DNA of 64,000 nucleotides from Chiloscyllium plagiosum (GCF_004010195.1 NC_057726.1:14828572-14892571); one strand, 5' to 3'. Positions 23,830-38,643 are shown, counted from the first letter of the stretch. Notes: generated by a model from the letters alone, not told the origin. Numbers and translations are program-made.

Positions 23830-26520
23830 ATCATTAAAAATAGGAAAAAAAAGGAGGCAGTTCGGCCCCTCAAGATTGTTCTGCTATTCAATAGGATCTT
23901 GGCTGCTCCAACCTCCTCGCTTCTACTTTCCTGTCAATTTCCCACAATTCTTGATTCCTCTATTGATCAAGAATCCACCCATCTCAACCTTAAATATACA
24001 CGGGGATTCTGTCCCTGCAGCTCTGTGGCAACAAGTTCCAAAGACTCACAGACCATGACAGAAGAAATTCCTCCTAAATTGGGACCCCTTTATTCTGAGA
24101 CTATGCTCTTTGGTCCAGCACTTTCCCATGAGTGGAAACATCCTCTCAGCATTTGGCCCTGTCAAGTCCCTAAAGAATCGTATGTGCCTCAATGAGATCA
24201 CCTCTCATTCTTCCAAACCCCCATGAGTGGAATACCAATCTATTTAATCTTTGATTATAAGACAATCCCTCCATACAGGGATCATCCAAGCAAACCTTCT
24301 GTGAATTGCTTCCAATGAAGTGATATTTATCCCTACATAAGGGGACCAAACTGCTCACAGTGCTCCAGATGTGATCTCACCAGCATCTTGTATAAATGCA
24401 GTAAGAATTTCCTACTCTTGTACTCTAAGCAACTTGAAATAAGGGCCAACATTCCATTAGCCTTCCTGATTACCTGCTGCACCTGTGCGCTAGCTTTCTG
24501 TGTTTCGTGCACAAATATCTCCAAGTCCCTTTGTATTGCAGCTTTCTGCAGTTTCTCTCCACTTAAGTAAAATTCTTTTCTTTCGTTATCCCTTCCAAAA
24601 TGAAGAACTTCATATTTTCACACATTACACTCCATTTGCCAACTTGTTGCTCAATTACCTAACCTTTCAATACCTCTCTGTAAGCTAGGTACAATGAAAT
24701 CCAGGCATCTACAATGCATCATTGTAAAGCTTACTACCAGCAATTCAGAATAACCTCTCAGCACCCCTCACAAATCAGGGACAGTCAGAGTCTCCATGAT
24801 TATCATGCCTGGATGCTTCACAACTTTGCAAAACAATTCAACCTAGCCAAGTAAGACGAAGGGTCAATTTGCAGTCCATGTCAGAGCAAGGGATGCACTG
24901 CCTAAAAGTTTGATGCTGCAAAAATAATGGAGGAACAACAAGCACAGAGGTCAATCAAGAACACTGCAACTTTGGAAAGATGTTTTTATGAGCGGACTGA
25001 GAGAATACTTTCCAAAATACTTCCTACTTCTGCAACGATCATCAATGCCTATCCTTTGCAGTGCAGTCATTTTCACCTACTTTGTCCGAAAGCAACTCTG
25101 GATAAAATTAAAATACATAGAGTCATAGCCATCTATAGTACAAAGGCCCTTTACCCTATCACTTGCACACCAGTCAAAAACAACCAGCTGTCTATTCTAA
25201 TCCCATTTGGCAGCACTTGGCCCACAGCTTTGTTTGCTTTAACTTTATAAACACACATTTAAATATTTCTTAAATAATATGAGGGTTTCTGCCTCCACCA
25301 ACCTTACAGGATGTGAGTTCCAGATTCCAACTCTCTGGGTGAGAAAAGGTTTTCTTCACACCTGTAAGCCTTCTGCCTCCTACTTTCAACGCATGCCCAC
25401 TAATCAATGATTCCTCCCTGAAGGGAACATTTTATGCCTGTCTATCCTCTGCTCCTCATAATTTTATACACCTCAGTCGTGTCCATTCTCAATCTCCTCT
25501 GCTCCAAGGAAAGCAATTCCAATCTATCCAATTTCTCTTCTTACCTTAAACTCTCCAGCCTAGACAGCATTCTGGTAAATTTTTGTTGCACCGTCTCATC
25601 ACTGGAGAGGGTGCAGATGGTGAAATACAGCATGAACAATCTGTCATATAAGACCGCAAGAAATAGGAACAGGAGTAGGTCTTTTGGTCTCTCGGGCTGC
25701 TCTGTGATTCAATGGGATCATGGCTGATCAAACATTCCTCGCCTCCACTTTCCAATGTTATCCTTGAAATGCTTGATTTCTCTACTGATCAAGATACTAT
25801 CTCAGCCTTAAATGTACACTAGGACTCTGCCCCTGCAGCTCTCTATAGCAAGGAGTTCGAAAGACTTACAATTCTCCAAGAGAAAAAAATATGCCCCCTC
25901 ATCTCAGTCTTAAATGGACGACCCTTATTCTGAGACTATGCCCTCTGGTCCTAAACTGTCCCATGAGGGGAAGCATCCTCTCATCATTTACCCTGTCAAG
26001 TCCCTTAAGAATCCTATATGTCTCAACAAGATCACCTCTCATTCTTCTAAACACCAGTGTTTGGAGTCCCAATCTATTTAATCTTTGATTATAAGACTAT
26101 TTAATCTTTGATTATATACAGGGATCATCCAAGCAAACCTTCTATGGACTGCCTCCCATGGAGTGATATATATCCTTAATTAAGGGAACAAAAACTGCAC
26201 ACAGTACTCCAGATGTGGTCTCACCAGCATCTTGTACAGTTGCAGTAGACCTCCCTACTCTTATAGGCTAAGCACCTCGAAATAAGGGACAACGTTCCAT
26301 TAGCCTTCCTGGTTACCTGCTGCATCTGATTGCCAGATTTCTAAGCTTTGTACACAGGTTCAAGTCCGTTTGTGTTGCAACTTTGTGCAGTTTTCGCCAT
26401 TTAAATAATTTTTTTTTTGTTCTCCCTTCCAAAATGTACAGCTTCATATTTTCCCATATTATGTTCCATTTGCTAACTTGTTGTCCACTTACCTAACCTA
26501 ATTAATATCTCTCTGTAAGC
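23830..26520 (-). mobile_element. Cluster of CR1 3' fragments (about 23830-24680, 25110-25590, 25640-26520)
   Basis: Minus-strand QVIRKANGMLA..EYKS..LYKMLVRSHLE and typical CR1 3' UTRs. Confidence 0.8.
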
Positions 26521-26909
26521 TCCAGTGAGCAGAGTCCTAACTTGTTCTGCCTTTGCTCATACGACAATGCCTCCATTTTGGGTGTCAATGATGTCTTTCT
26601 GATTTGTGATATGCATTATATGCAATTTCAAGTCCTAACTCCTAAATTGAAGAAATAATGGTGCTCCGCAGTTTCCAGTGGGAAGCTGAATGGGATTAAG
26701 ATATCTCCTCCTACTTGTTCTTGACATGATCAGGCACTTGATTCGAACACCTTTGCTTTTGCCGTGACTGATTCAACCTGATTTCTCATGCACTTTTGGC
26801 CATACACAGAAATGAATGGACAGTGATGTCTCCTTGAAAGAGGAACCTTTTGGCTGTCAACACCAACCTGGTGGAAAACAGATCTCTCGGAGGTTCAACG
26901 TTCAATCAA

Positions 26910-27935
26910 ACAAGAAATATTTGCATTGTTAAAGCATTTGTCATAACCTCACTACATCCCAAAGCACTTTACAACCAGTTAAGTACTTTGGGATTATAAT
27001 CAATGTTCCAATTTGGAAAGCAAGATAACCAGTTTAGGCATGGCAAGGTTCTACAAAGTGAAATGAAATACAAGAGCAGTTAATGTGCTTCAGTGATGTT
27101 TTTGAGGAATAAGTATTGATCAGCACACCAAGAAAAGTCACATGTTCTTCACTGAAATACTATCACTTATTCTTTAGCACTCAACTGAAAAGTCAAATGG
27201 GGCCTCAGTTTAACATTTCATCCATAAAGACAGCACCTTTGACATAGAATATAGAAAAGTACAGCACAGAACAGGCCCTTCGGCCCACGTTGTTGTGCCA
27301 AGGATTATTCCTAATCTAAAATAAAATAACCTAAACTACGCACCTCTCAATTCACTGCTGTCCATTTGCATGTCCAGCAGTCGCTTAAATGTCCCGAAGA
27401 CATTTAAGACATAAGAACATAAGAACTAGCAGCAGGAGTAGGCCATTTAGCCCATCGAGCCTGCTCTGCCATTTAATAAGATCATGGCTGATCTTTTCGT
27501 GGACTCAGCTCCATTTTCCCGCCTGCTCACCATAACTGTTCATTCCTTTATTGTTCAAAAATCTATCTGTCTTTGCCTTAAAAACATTCAACGAGGTAGC
27601 CTCAACTGTGCCACTGGGCAGGGAGTTCCGGAGATTCACAACCTTTTGGATGAAGAAGTTCCTCCTCAACTCAGTCTTAACTTTGCTCCCCCTTATTTTG
27701 AGACTATGTTCCCTTGTTTAGTTCCCACCAGTGGAAGCATCCTCCTTGCTTCTATCTCATCTATTCCATTCATAATTTTACATGTTTATATAAGACAGAA
27801 AAGCTCTCCCTCAGTACTACACCTAAATATCATTCCAGACTACGTACTTACACTTCTGCAGTGGAACGTGAACCCACAATCCTCTGATTCAGAGCTGAGA
27901 GTGTTGTTGTTGACAGAATCCAGTCAGCCAACACC
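26910..27935 (-). mobile_element. Deu-domain SINE (SacSINE1-like) split by two CR1 3' fragments (about 27243-27790)
   Basis: Deu-like aaagcactttacaaccagttaagtacttt at 26961-26989. tRNA-like head on the minus strand at about 27850-27935. Confidence 0.6.
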
Positions 27936-28291
27936 ATGAAAGTAGAGAAAATGGCCTCTTATATACTGAACCCTAAAACCTGTACAATAAATGCCTGGGC
28001 ATTCAGGAGAACTATTCCAACTAGAATTGGAACATGCGCCACTCAGGGTTGTGCTGTAAATGGCACTGGAATTGTCACATGCTCCAAGGTAGACTGTTGC
28101 TCAGACACCAAATAAATAACCAATCCCAAAGTTATTCTTGACTCTTCACATTTTCCTCAGTATACAATCTTTGTCTTATACTTGGTATTTCTTTGGAAGT
28201 ACCCAGAAAGGTCACGTAGATACAGACTGAATGTTAACACATTTGAAAATTGGTGTTTCATTAAGCACTGTAAGGAATTTAGTCAATGGCA

Positions 28292-29016
28292 TGTTATGAA
28301 GTTGAAGGTGTGTACTGTACCTTTAAGAGAGAGTTGAATGCAAGCGGTTGTCATGTGACTGACTAGCAATCTCAGAGTATACTGGAAAATTGAAAAAGTG
28401 TAACATTAGGCTGTGAAACAAATACCTGAGTTTTGGTTGCTATGTTTTGACAACCAGTTGAATTTAACCATTCACTTTAAATTATGCCCCAAGATACTAA
28501 AACCAAATTTGAATTTAATATTTTGACAACATTGAACCAATTTGACAATCTGATGTTTGGAGTATAAAAAAGCCGGTATTTTGAGAGTTAGCCAGAGAGA
28601 GTGAGTAACGGCCAGCTATCAAGAGACTGCCATTCAAAATACTCTCAAAGGTACCTTTATCATATGAAACATCTCTGCAGACTGAAGATCTACATCCAGA
28701 GGAAGATCGACATCAGAGATGACAGCTGCTGTCTGGTTTTGAAAATTAAGTTGATGTAATTTTAATATGGGCTTTCATTGGAACAGAATATTGTTATGGA
28801 GCTGGAGGTAGATAACAAACCTTTCAGAGGGAGGAAACTTGGAGTTGTAAATAGTTATTGTTTAATGTTCACCTTCACAGTTAAAGAATAAATTGATATT
28901 TTTTCTTTAAATATTTGGAAGTTCTCTGTCACACACTTTAACAGATTACGATGTGAGGTGAGCTTTTTTGGGTGTTTGGTTGAATTAGCAGAAGGGTTTA
29001 CAGCTGTGTTGTAATA
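28292..29016 (+). mobile_element. Probable solo LTR (Gypsy-like), unrelated to the ERV LTR
   Basis: Starts TGTTATGA, contains tgtactgtacctttaaga, a TATA-like tataaaaa (28563) and AATAAA (28887), and ends in a decayed TGTAATA. No clear TSD. Confidence 0.5.
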
Positions 29017-29159
29017 GTTCAATGTAAATAGAAATTGGAACTCTATTTGGACTGTGTACAAACTGGGTAAAACTATTAGCAATTGCAATACACAAACAGT
29101 TAATGCATCTCTGACGACATAATCAACTTCTGTCAATATCTGACATAAAAGCCAAATCA

Positions 29160-29740
29160 TCAGTACATCTGGAGTATTGTGAGCAGTTTTGGTCCCTTTA
29201 TTTAAGGAATTATATTATTTCATTAGAGGCAGTTCAGACAAGATTCACTAGGATGATCAACAGTGTGGAGAAATTGTCTAATGAGCAAAGGTTAAACAGG
29301 CTGGGACTCTACTCATGGGTGTTTTCGAAGAATGAGATGTGATCTCATTGAAACACATAGGATTCTTAAGGGGCTTAACAAGTTAAGTGCTGAGAGGATG
29401 TTTCCCCTCATGAGGAGAGGCTAGGACCAGACGGCATAGTCTCAGAATAAAGGGGCACCCATTTAAGACTGAGCTGAAGAGGAATTTCTTCTCTTGGATG
29501 GTTGTGAGTCTTTAGAACTCCTTGCCATAGAGAGCTTTAGGGGGCAGAATCTCCATGTATATTTAAGGTTGAGATGGGTAGATACTTGATCAGTAGAGTA
29601 ACAAAGGGTTGTGGGGAACAGACAAGAAAGTGGAAGTGAGGAATATCGGATCAGCCATAACCCTATTGAAAACCGAAGCAAACTCGGGCGGCAGAACTGC
29701 CTCCACTTGTTCCTAAATCTAATGTTCTTATGGTCTTTTA
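29160..29740 (+). mobile_element. CR1 LINE 3' fragment
   Basis: HLEYCEQFWSLYL, with a 3' UTR of the same subfamily as 25640-26520. Confidence 0.8.
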
Positions 29741-29819
29741 AGTTACATGCTGTTCCTAGCTAGCATAGGGACAATCTTTATGTATACTTAAGGCTGAAAT
29801 AGATAGATTCTTGATCAAC

Positions 29820-30380
29820 TCACCTTCTGACTCCCCAAAGACTGTCTTCCATCTACCAGACACAAGTCAGGAGTGTGATGGAAGACTTCTCATTTGCCTG
29901 GATGGCTGCAGCTCCAACAACACTCAAGAAGCTTGACACCATCCAGGACAAAGCAACCCACTTGATTGACATTACATCTACAAGCATCCACTCCTTCCAC
30001 CACCTACGCTCAGGAGCAGCAGTGTATACTATTTATAAGATGCACTGCAGAAATTCACCAAAGATTCTTAGACAACATCTTCCAAATCCACAATTGTTCC
30101 CATCTAGAATGACAAAGGCACAGATATATGGGAATGCACCATCTGAAAATTCCCCTCCAAGCCACTTACCATACTATATTGAAAGTATACAACTGTTCCT
30201 TCACTGTCGCTGGGTCCAAATCCCTGAAGTCCCTCCATAACAATTTTATGATTCAACCACAGCACATGGACAGCAGAGGTTCAAGAAGGCAGCTCACCAT
30301 TACCTTCTCAACAGCAACTAGGGACAGGAAATAAATTCTGCCCAGCCAGCTACACCCACATCCCATGAACACATCAAAAC
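29820..30380 (+). mobile_element. 3' end of a second CR1/L2-group LINE family
   Basis: IYQTQVRSVME..AWMAAAPTTLKKLDTIQDKA. Related copies at 43080-44060 (+) and 9140-9320, 31380-31700, 41465-41750, 57080-57690 (-). Confidence 0.7.
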
Positions 30381-31839
30381 AAAATATGGGAATCCAGGGT
30401 TACAGGGAAAATGCAGGAAAATAGTTGTGAGGAATGTTGGCTGAGCCATAAACCTTTTGAATTGCAGTGCAGTCTTAAAGGGCCAAATAGCCTACTTCTG
30501 CTTTGGTATTTTATACTACTAAATGATCAATTGCCAAAATATCAACTTATCCTTCAGTAATAATCTGCCTAATAGGTTTTCCTCTCAATATTTCAAACTG
30601 ACAGCTGATAAACCATGAGTATGAGTAATTACAACATCACTTGCTGTTTCCAAAAGTCAGAAAGGCTATATTGAACAAATGGCTTCCTCCTATGATTTAA
30701 GTTTTTGTGACGTCATAGTCCTTTTAGAAGAAATGTTTATGACTGAAAGACAAATACATGATTAGTCTGTTCAGATTTACTCAGTTAATCAACATATCAG
30801 AGATCTGAAAGTTGCAGAACAAACAGTAGAAGCCTCTAATCCAAATGGTTATGAATGAGAAAGAAAATGACAAGTTTTAGTCAAATATGTGAAGGGTTAC
30901 TAGAAGTTTGTAACTAGATCTCATGTTGGACAAATTAAACCTTACTGGATCTATCACTTCAATGCATTGTACTCTCGTGAACTTGTACACTAGAACTGAG
31001 TCCAGTGTTGCCCCAATGAGTGTTCTCCCACCTCAATCATCATTATCATGTCAATAATTCTTTCCTCCTTTGCTGAACGAATTGGCCAGTATAAAGTTAA
31101 CTGGTTCTAAGCTACTCAATGAGAGAAACTTAATAAATTTCAGTAAAGCTATGTGTGAATTACAGATGATACAATCTACAACAGTGTCATGTTTTGCTTG
31201 AGCGATTACTCAACTGAACCTTGCTCTCTTAATTCTAAAGTCCAAATACTCCATTGTGCTTGCTATTGAAAGCAAGGCTCATCGCATTATTTCAATAATG
31301 AGAAGGAGAAAGGCATAAATAACTCCAAGCAAGAAGCTGACAACAGAAGAAATGCCGGCTTCCTTCTATTATTTATTAATGAATGTCACTGGCTGGGCCA
31401 ACAGTTTTTGCCTATCCCTAATGACACTGGAGAAAGTGGTGGTGACTTGACTTTTGGGGATTTGGGTATACACACATTGTTGTTAGGAATGAAGTTCCAA
31501 GAATTTGACCCAGCGACACTGAAGCAAAGGTGTTTAGCTTGAAGGGGGACATTCAGGTAGTGCTGTTTGTCTACATCTGCTGCCCTAGTCCTTCAACGTG
31601 ACGGAGGTCATGGGTTTAGAAGGTGCTTTTGAAAAGCTTTGGTGAGTTGTTGCAATGCATCTTGTAGATAGCACATTTGTGTTGGTAGTGGAGGGAATGA
31701 AATTTGAGAAAATTATGAGCTCAGTAGCCTCCTCGGTGCTACAGTTTCTACGTTTCCCTTGTTTCTCTGGCTTATCATTTCCCTATATCTGCAAGCTAAA
31801 GGTCCTATTGTTCTATTTGAATAAAAACAGGAGTTCCCC

Positions 31840-32187
31840 AGTGTAAATACCTTTCTTTATCCCTCAATCAACATCAACAAAAAAAACAGTAACAGGAATG
31901 CATATGCTGGAAGTCTGAAATATAAATGGAAATTGCTGGAGATCTTTATAGAAAGAGAAACCGTGCCCTTTCATCCTGTTGATGATCAGTATTTCCTGTT
32001 AGCTTTAAGTAAAAAACAGGTAATCTGGTCCTAGTCACATTGTTGCTTGTGGGACATTTTTTCTGCAAATTGGCTTCCATGTTTTCTCTACGACAATGGA
32101 GATACCATTTCAAAAGTCTTTAAATGGCTGAAAAGCACTCTGAGTTCACCTGAGATTGTGCAAGGCACTATATAAATGCAAGCCTTT
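31840..32187 (+). mobile_element. Deu-domain SINE 3' half
   Basis: ccctcaatcaacatc...ctggtc..gtcacattgttgcttgtgggac...catttcaaaagt..ttaaatggctg..aagcact..aaggcactatataaatgcaag. Confidence 0.6.
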
Positions 32188-32325
32188 CATTTAAGTCTGC
32201 ACAACAGAACTTTTAGTATTGTCATGCAACCATAGCTTTTTAAGATGCCTAACTTTTCTAGTATCCATAAGGAGATAAGAGAAATATAAACAGGAGCAGG
32301 AGTTGGCCATTCAGCCTCCATGTTT

Positions 32326-32825
32326 NNNNNNNNNNNNNNNNNNNNNNNNNNNNNNNNNNNNNNNNNNNNNNNNNNNNNNNNNNNNNNNNNNNNNNNNNNN
32401 NNNNNNNNNNNNNNNNNNNNNNNNNNNNNNNNNNNNNNNNNNNNNNNNNNNNNNNNNNNNNNNNNNNNNNNNNNNNNNNNNNNNNNNNNNNNNNNNNNNN
32501 NNNNNNNNNNNNNNNNNNNNNNNNNNNNNNNNNNNNNNNNNNNNNNNNNNNNNNNNNNNNNNNNNNNNNNNNNNNNNNNNNNNNNNNNNNNNNNNNNNNN
32601 NNNNNNNNNNNNNNNNNNNNNNNNNNNNNNNNNNNNNNNNNNNNNNNNNNNNNNNNNNNNNNNNNNNNNNNNNNNNNNNNNNNNNNNNNNNNNNNNNNNN
32701 NNNNNNNNNNNNNNNNNNNNNNNNNNNNNNNNNNNNNNNNNNNNNNNNNNNNNNNNNNNNNNNNNNNNNNNNNNNNNNNNNNNNNNNNNNNNNNNNNNNN
32801 NNNNNNNNNNNNNNNNNNNNNNNNN
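32326..32825. other. Assembly gap (500 N)
   Basis: Run of N inside a CR1 copy. Confidence 0.99.
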
Positions 32826-34304
32826 TTCCAGCAACACATTTTCAGGACCAAAATGCATGGCCTCACACTTTCCAAAATTAAGCTCCATCTGCTAAATTTG
32901 TTTTCTGCTCACTCAACCTACATATATTCCCTTGCAGATTCCTTATGTTCTCATCATGACACCCATCCTATTTTTGTACTGTCAGCAAATTTAGGTTCAC
33001 TGCATACTATCTCCTCTTCCAAGTCATTAATATAAATGGTAACTAAGCCTAGAACTTAACTTTGTTGCACTCCAGTGGTTATATCTTCCCAACGTGAAAA
33101 GGTTACAGATTTTCTGTCCTCTAAGCATTAGTCAGTCCTCAATCCATACTAATTGATCAGTCCCAGTATTGTGAGCTCCTATCTTATGCAATGACCTTTT
33201 ATATGGCGCATTATTAAATGCCTTCTGGAAATCCAAATACACTACAACTACCAGTTCCTCTTCACCAAGTCTGCTTGTTATATTCTCCAACACCTCTAGT
33301 AAACATGATTTCCCTTTCACAAGCAATGTCAACCCTGTTTGATTATGTTAGACTTTTTAAAATGTCCCATTATTTCTTTCTTAATAATGAATTTAATATC
33401 ATCACAACAGCAGCCATCGGCTAACTGGTCTATAGAATCGTGCCTACCTTTTTCAATAGGAGCATCACGTTAGCAGTTTTCCAATTCATTGGAACCCTCC
33501 TGAAATCCAGTGAATTCTGGAATATTTCAACCAATGTCTCCACTACCTCTGCAGCCACTTCCTTTAAAACCTTTGGATGTAGACCATTAGGTCCTGGTGA
33601 CTTGTCTGCCTTCAGTCGTATTAACTTGTCAAATACTTGTTCATTGTGATAAAGACTTAACACACATTTCTTCCCATTAGCACCTTGTTTATCTGATATC
33701 TTTGGGATCTTTACAGTCCTCTTCACTGTGAAGACTGATGTGAAATCTTGATTGAAATTATCTGCCTTTTTCATATTCCCCCTTATTAATTCTTCAATCA
33801 CTAATCCAAGAGTACCCATTCACTTTAGCTGCTCTCCTTCTTATTATCTACCCTAGAAGCTCTTACTGTTTGTTTTATATCTCTTGCCAATTTACTTTCA
33901 TAATCAATTTTCTCCCTTTTTATTAGCTTTTGAGTCATCTGCTGGTGTCTCCTAAAAAGTTCTCTATCAGTTTTTAACCATTATGTATGCCTTAGTTTTT
34001 GACTGGACATCATGCTTGACCACCTTGTTAACCAGGGGTGTTCATCCTTCTCATCAAATCCTTCTTTTACACCAGATTAATGTTTGTTGGGCATTATGAA
34101 ATATCTGCCTAATTACCTGCCACTGCTCATCTACTCACCTGCCCTTTAGTCTATTTTCCCAGGCCACTTTGGACAGTCTTCCCACCTCTGTAATTGCCCT
34201 GATTTAAGTTGAGGACATGGTGTTAGATCCGAATTAACTCTCCGTCAAACAAATAAGTATGAGATCTCTGGTTAATTCTCTGTCTTTACACAATACGAGA
34301 TCCA

Positions 34305-34753
34305 AAACTGCTCTGCCCAAGGCTACAAGAAAATACAGAAAGAATTGTGAACACAGCCCAGTCCATCATGAAAACCAGTTTTCCATCCATTGCCTCTGTC
34401 TATACTTCCCGCTCCTTCAGGAAAGCTGCCAACATTATCAAAGACACCTCCTAACACGTTATATTGTCTTCCATCCTCTTCATTGGGCAGAAGATTGAAA
34501 TGTTTGTAAACACATACTAACAGATTCAAGACCAGCTTCTTCCCAGCTGTAATCGGACTTTTGAACAGACCTTTCATATATTACAGTTAATTTTTCTCTG
34601 CACCTTCTCTGTCGCTGTAACACTATTTTCTGCATTCCGTTCTACAGCCCTGATATACTTATGTAAGGCATGATTTGCCTGGATAGCATGGTAAACAATA
34701 CTTTTCATTGTATCTCAGTACATATGACAACAATAAAATCAAATCAAATCAAA
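34305..34753 (+). mobile_element. Rex1-type LINE 3' fragment
   Basis: Near-colinear with 21118-21565, with an (AATCA)n tail. Confidence 0.75.
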
Positions 34754-34792
34754 TTAGCTTATTCCCAGATAGGTTGTACCACATAATGATCT

Positions 34793-35959
34793 TTGAGAAA
34801 ATGTGTAGCTCAGGTTGAGGTTCTGGATGTCGCTTTGCTCACTGATCTGGAAGGTTCATTTTCAAATGTTTTACCACCATACTAGGTAATATCTTCCAAC
34901 CCAAACTTTGGGTCTGCTACGTGGATGACACCTTTGACATCACTAAATGAAACAAATTAGAGGAAACCTTCAAGACCATCAAAAATTCCCTTACTGGCAT
35001 AAAATTCACTAAAGAGGAGAAAAATAACAACAAACTGCCATTCCTAGATGTCACAGTAAAGCAAACAGCCAATGGAAAACTTCCAACAAGGAAAACAACA
35101 CATACAGACCAAATATTGAACTACAGAAGCAATCATCTCAACATCCACAAACAAAGCTTAATCAGAACATTATTTCAATGAGCCACTACACATTGCAGCA
35201 CAGAGGAACTATGCAGAGCAGAGAAAAATTACCTATACAGTATATTCAAAAAGAATGAGTACCCAATGAAAACAGTCCACTGATTTCTCAGCAACAAACC
35301 TAAACAAGCAAACAAAATGCGTGCAGAAACCATAGCAACTCTCCCCTACATCAAAGACATCTTGGAAATGACTGCCTTGGCATCATGGTAGCCCACAAAC
35401 CCACCAACACACTAAAACAGCCCCTAATGAACATGAAAGACCCTTTACAGATAACAAGCAAAACTAATGTCATTTACAAAATACCATGCAAGAACTGTAA
35501 CAAACATTGGACCAACAGGCGGAAAACTAGCCACCAGAATACATGAACATCAACTAGCCACAAACAGACATGACCCTCTCTCACTAGTATCCTTACATAC
35601 AGATAAGGAAGAATACCACTTCAACTGGGACAATGCATCCATCCTTGGACAAGCCAAACAGAGACACGCATGACAATTCCGAGAAGCATGGCATTCCAAC
35701 CGGAATTCTAACAACAAACACATTGATTTGGACCCCATTTACCACCCCCTGAGAAAAAGAACAGGAAATGACATCATCATAGGAAATGACATCACCACAG
35801 GAATGACATTACCAACTCAAGGAACCCCAAACATATAAACAGAAAGCAGGAAACATCAGCAGTGCTTCATCTGTTGGCTCACTGAAGATGTTACCTAGTA
35901 GGGTGATGAAATATCTGAAAATGAGCCTTCCAGCTCAGCGAGCAAACCTACATCCAGAT
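34793..35959 (+). mobile_element. Penelope element remnant: inverted pLTR, RT C-terminus, GIY-YIG endonuclease, pLTR with hammerhead motif
   Basis: WVCYVDDTF at about 34909-34935, FTKEE..KLPFLDV, NVIYKIPCKNC..IGPTG..LATRIHEH. Hammerhead tca CTGAAGA..GAAA tatc tga at 35879-35918. Imperfect TSD cataatgatct/catactgatct. Confidence 0.88.
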
Positions 35960-38618
35960 CATACTGATCTAAGAAATAATCCCAAAAGCACTCTACAATC
36001 GTGTCTTCCATTTTACCCTTCCCCATCTAATTTGTCCAGTCAATATGCAGATTAAGAATGACACATTATAAATGTAGTGTCCTCACATGCACTGTATCTG
36101 ATTTATACTTTGTCCTGCAGTGAGACCACTCTTCACAGGCCTATAGATAACTCCCAGCTGTGACTTCTTTCTTTTCGTATACCTTGTTTCCAGCCAAACA
36201 GATTCCATGCATCTAATGCATCTATATCACTACTCACCACTGCATTTATATCATCCTTTATAAACAAAACTAACACATTTCCTTTTTGTTTTTGCCTTTT
36301 GTTCTGGAGCATGTTAAACACTGAGCTCCCAGTCCTGACCACTCTTAGTAGAAATCTTATGATCAATCTTAGTAGAAATGCAGCATTCTTTCAGATAAAG
36401 AGCTTTTATCCTTGTTACATATTCTGATTCTAATTTCTGCTGCACTCTTCTGTGGATATTTTCTGTACCTTACAGCCAAACTTTCATTATCAGTCACCAC
36501 TTCTCGAGCCAACACCTCTGCCCTCTTATCTCTTTTTAATTTTTAAAAAACTTGACCCTCCCCAATTAATAAGTTAAAAGCCTTATTGACAACCCTAGTT
36601 GGACGATTTGCCTGAAAATGGTTCCCATTTTGGTTTAAATGAAACCCATCCCAAACAAAATCTCTCTTTCTCTGGTACTGGTCTCAGCATCCAATAAATC
36701 AGGACCCATTTTTCCCATATCAATCTTTGTGCTACACATTTACCTTTCTAATCCTTCTTTACCTATGTCAATTTGCAAGTGGCTCAGATAGTAAGCTTAA
36801 GATTATTAACTTTATAGTTCTGCTTCCTAATTTAGCCCCAAAGTGCTCATAATCCCTCAACAGAACCTCCTTCCAAGTCCTATCTATTTCACTGGCATCC
36901 GTACGAACTTTAACATTTGAACCCTTCCCTCTCATTCCAAGTTTATCTCCAGCCAAGAGGAGATGACCTGAACCATGGCGCCCGGTAGGCAGTACATCCT
37001 TTGGCACTCTCTGTCTTTGCTGCAGAGAACTTTCAATATTTCAATATTTGTGCTGCTTTGCCATGGCTTTTCCCCTACATTTCATAATCTAAAAAACATC
37101 CATTCCAATCACCAACGTGGCACCTCCCATATCCACTTCTCACCAGCAAATTAGATTCCAGCATAAACAGATATAAGCTCCCAAGATTTTGTCTTAGTTG
37201 CTTTTCAATACTTCGCTGTAACTTGTGAGCATTCTCACATGACTGCCTGACTTAATTGCCAAATTGTTATGTTAATACTTGTGCACAAAGTATGGAGAAA
37301 TCTGTTCAAAACAGCACCACTGCAGGTATGAAATTATCAGGTGAATGCAGGTCTATGAAGCTTAATGAGACTGCTAAACACATTGTGAAATTTCAAGATT
37401 TGGCCAACAGTCAGGCAATACTCAGAAGTAAAGCAAAAGAACCTCAAGGGATCTGAATATCCCTCAGAAGCCACAGGTGTGCAAAGCACCATGCTCAATT
37501 CAAAGAACTGAGAACTTTAGAAATCCTGGGAGGAAAGCTTAAGTTGTTTACACCATTAGCTCTTGGTAAAAAGGTAGCACAAAATCCTGAGACACTTAGA
37601 CAGTTCAAGCAACATCTGTGGAGAGAGAAAAAGAGTCAATGTTTCACAGTTGACGGCTATTGTGGTTATTTTGCATTGGTTGACAACTTACCATGGTTCA
37701 CATAATAGTCACATTTCTCATTGCTGAAGATGCGCATTGACCTTTTTCATTTCCAGCAATTATGCAGTTGTCATGTGTGATATATTTGCTTTATTGGTGT
37801 AAGTTGCTTATCACATAAGACCTTCTAATCTTCTAGAAGGAATCATAGATTTGAAATTTATTCAATATTACCTTTTGTTTGCTGGGTCCGAAGGCATATC
37901 AATTCCAATGCTCGAATTCCACATCTCAATTTTAAAGTGCTGAGGTAAACTTTGCACACAGTTTGTCTTTTCTGATTTCAATAAGCATTTTTTTTGCCCA
38001 GCTAACTTAATATTAAAATAGTCACAAGTACTATGGTGCAAATAGCCATGGTTGTATCACAAATATCCATATCATCATGCATACATTTGTTGGATTGTGC
38101 AGTCATTACAGAAAGGGACAATTATTTAGAATGCATTTTCACATTCAAATACATTGCTGAAATTAAAATTTTTAAGCATTTTCTCTATGACATTGTGGCA
38201 AATTGCTGGAACCATTAGGAGTATAACTCTAAAAATTATGAGTGCAAAGTATGCTTTGAATTAAACTTTTTGAATATTTTTGCTCTCCCACCCCTGGGAC
38301 TTTTGTGATTCTGTTTGAAAAAAGCAAAAACATTCTAATAAAAAGTTTGTAATGTTTTATCTGGTTTCCAAAGGGGTGGCAGGTTGCTACACCATTGGAA
38401 GAACATTCAGGCAAAAAGTATATTTGTCTTTAAAGAAACTGCGAATATTTTTGATGTCAAAAAGCAGCGAGTTGCATTCCGTAGTGCATGTGACTTGCAA
38501 GCACATGTGTCAATTTTAGCAAATTTGGAAATTTTTTTACTCTCTGTGAAAACTGGCGGTGAGAATGGTTTGTTTTTGGAAAGGAAGAAGATGGGTTTTT
38601 TTTCCCTCCTGTTCTCAG

Positions 38619-38643
38619 GTGTTGAGGAGGAGACCTTGGCCAG
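38619..38643 (+). other. Candidate 25-nt micro-exon upstream of the CDYL2 ATG exon
   Basis: Strong acceptor ttttttttccctcctgttctcAG and consensus donor cag|GTAAGT. Confidence 0.4.

Larger units (their letters stand above)
32270..37030 (-). mobile_element. Long decayed CR1 LINE, interrupted by a gap, a Rex1 fragment and a Penelope element
   Basis: MELNFGKCEAMHFG, YLDFQKAF, KADKSPGPNGLHPKVLKEVA. More 5' CR1-like sequence resumes after about 35970. Confidence 0.7.

Noticed and set aside
26075-26118. ~23-bp tandem duplication (ctatttaatctttgattata x2)
   Set aside because: Ordinary slippage inside a CR1 fragment.
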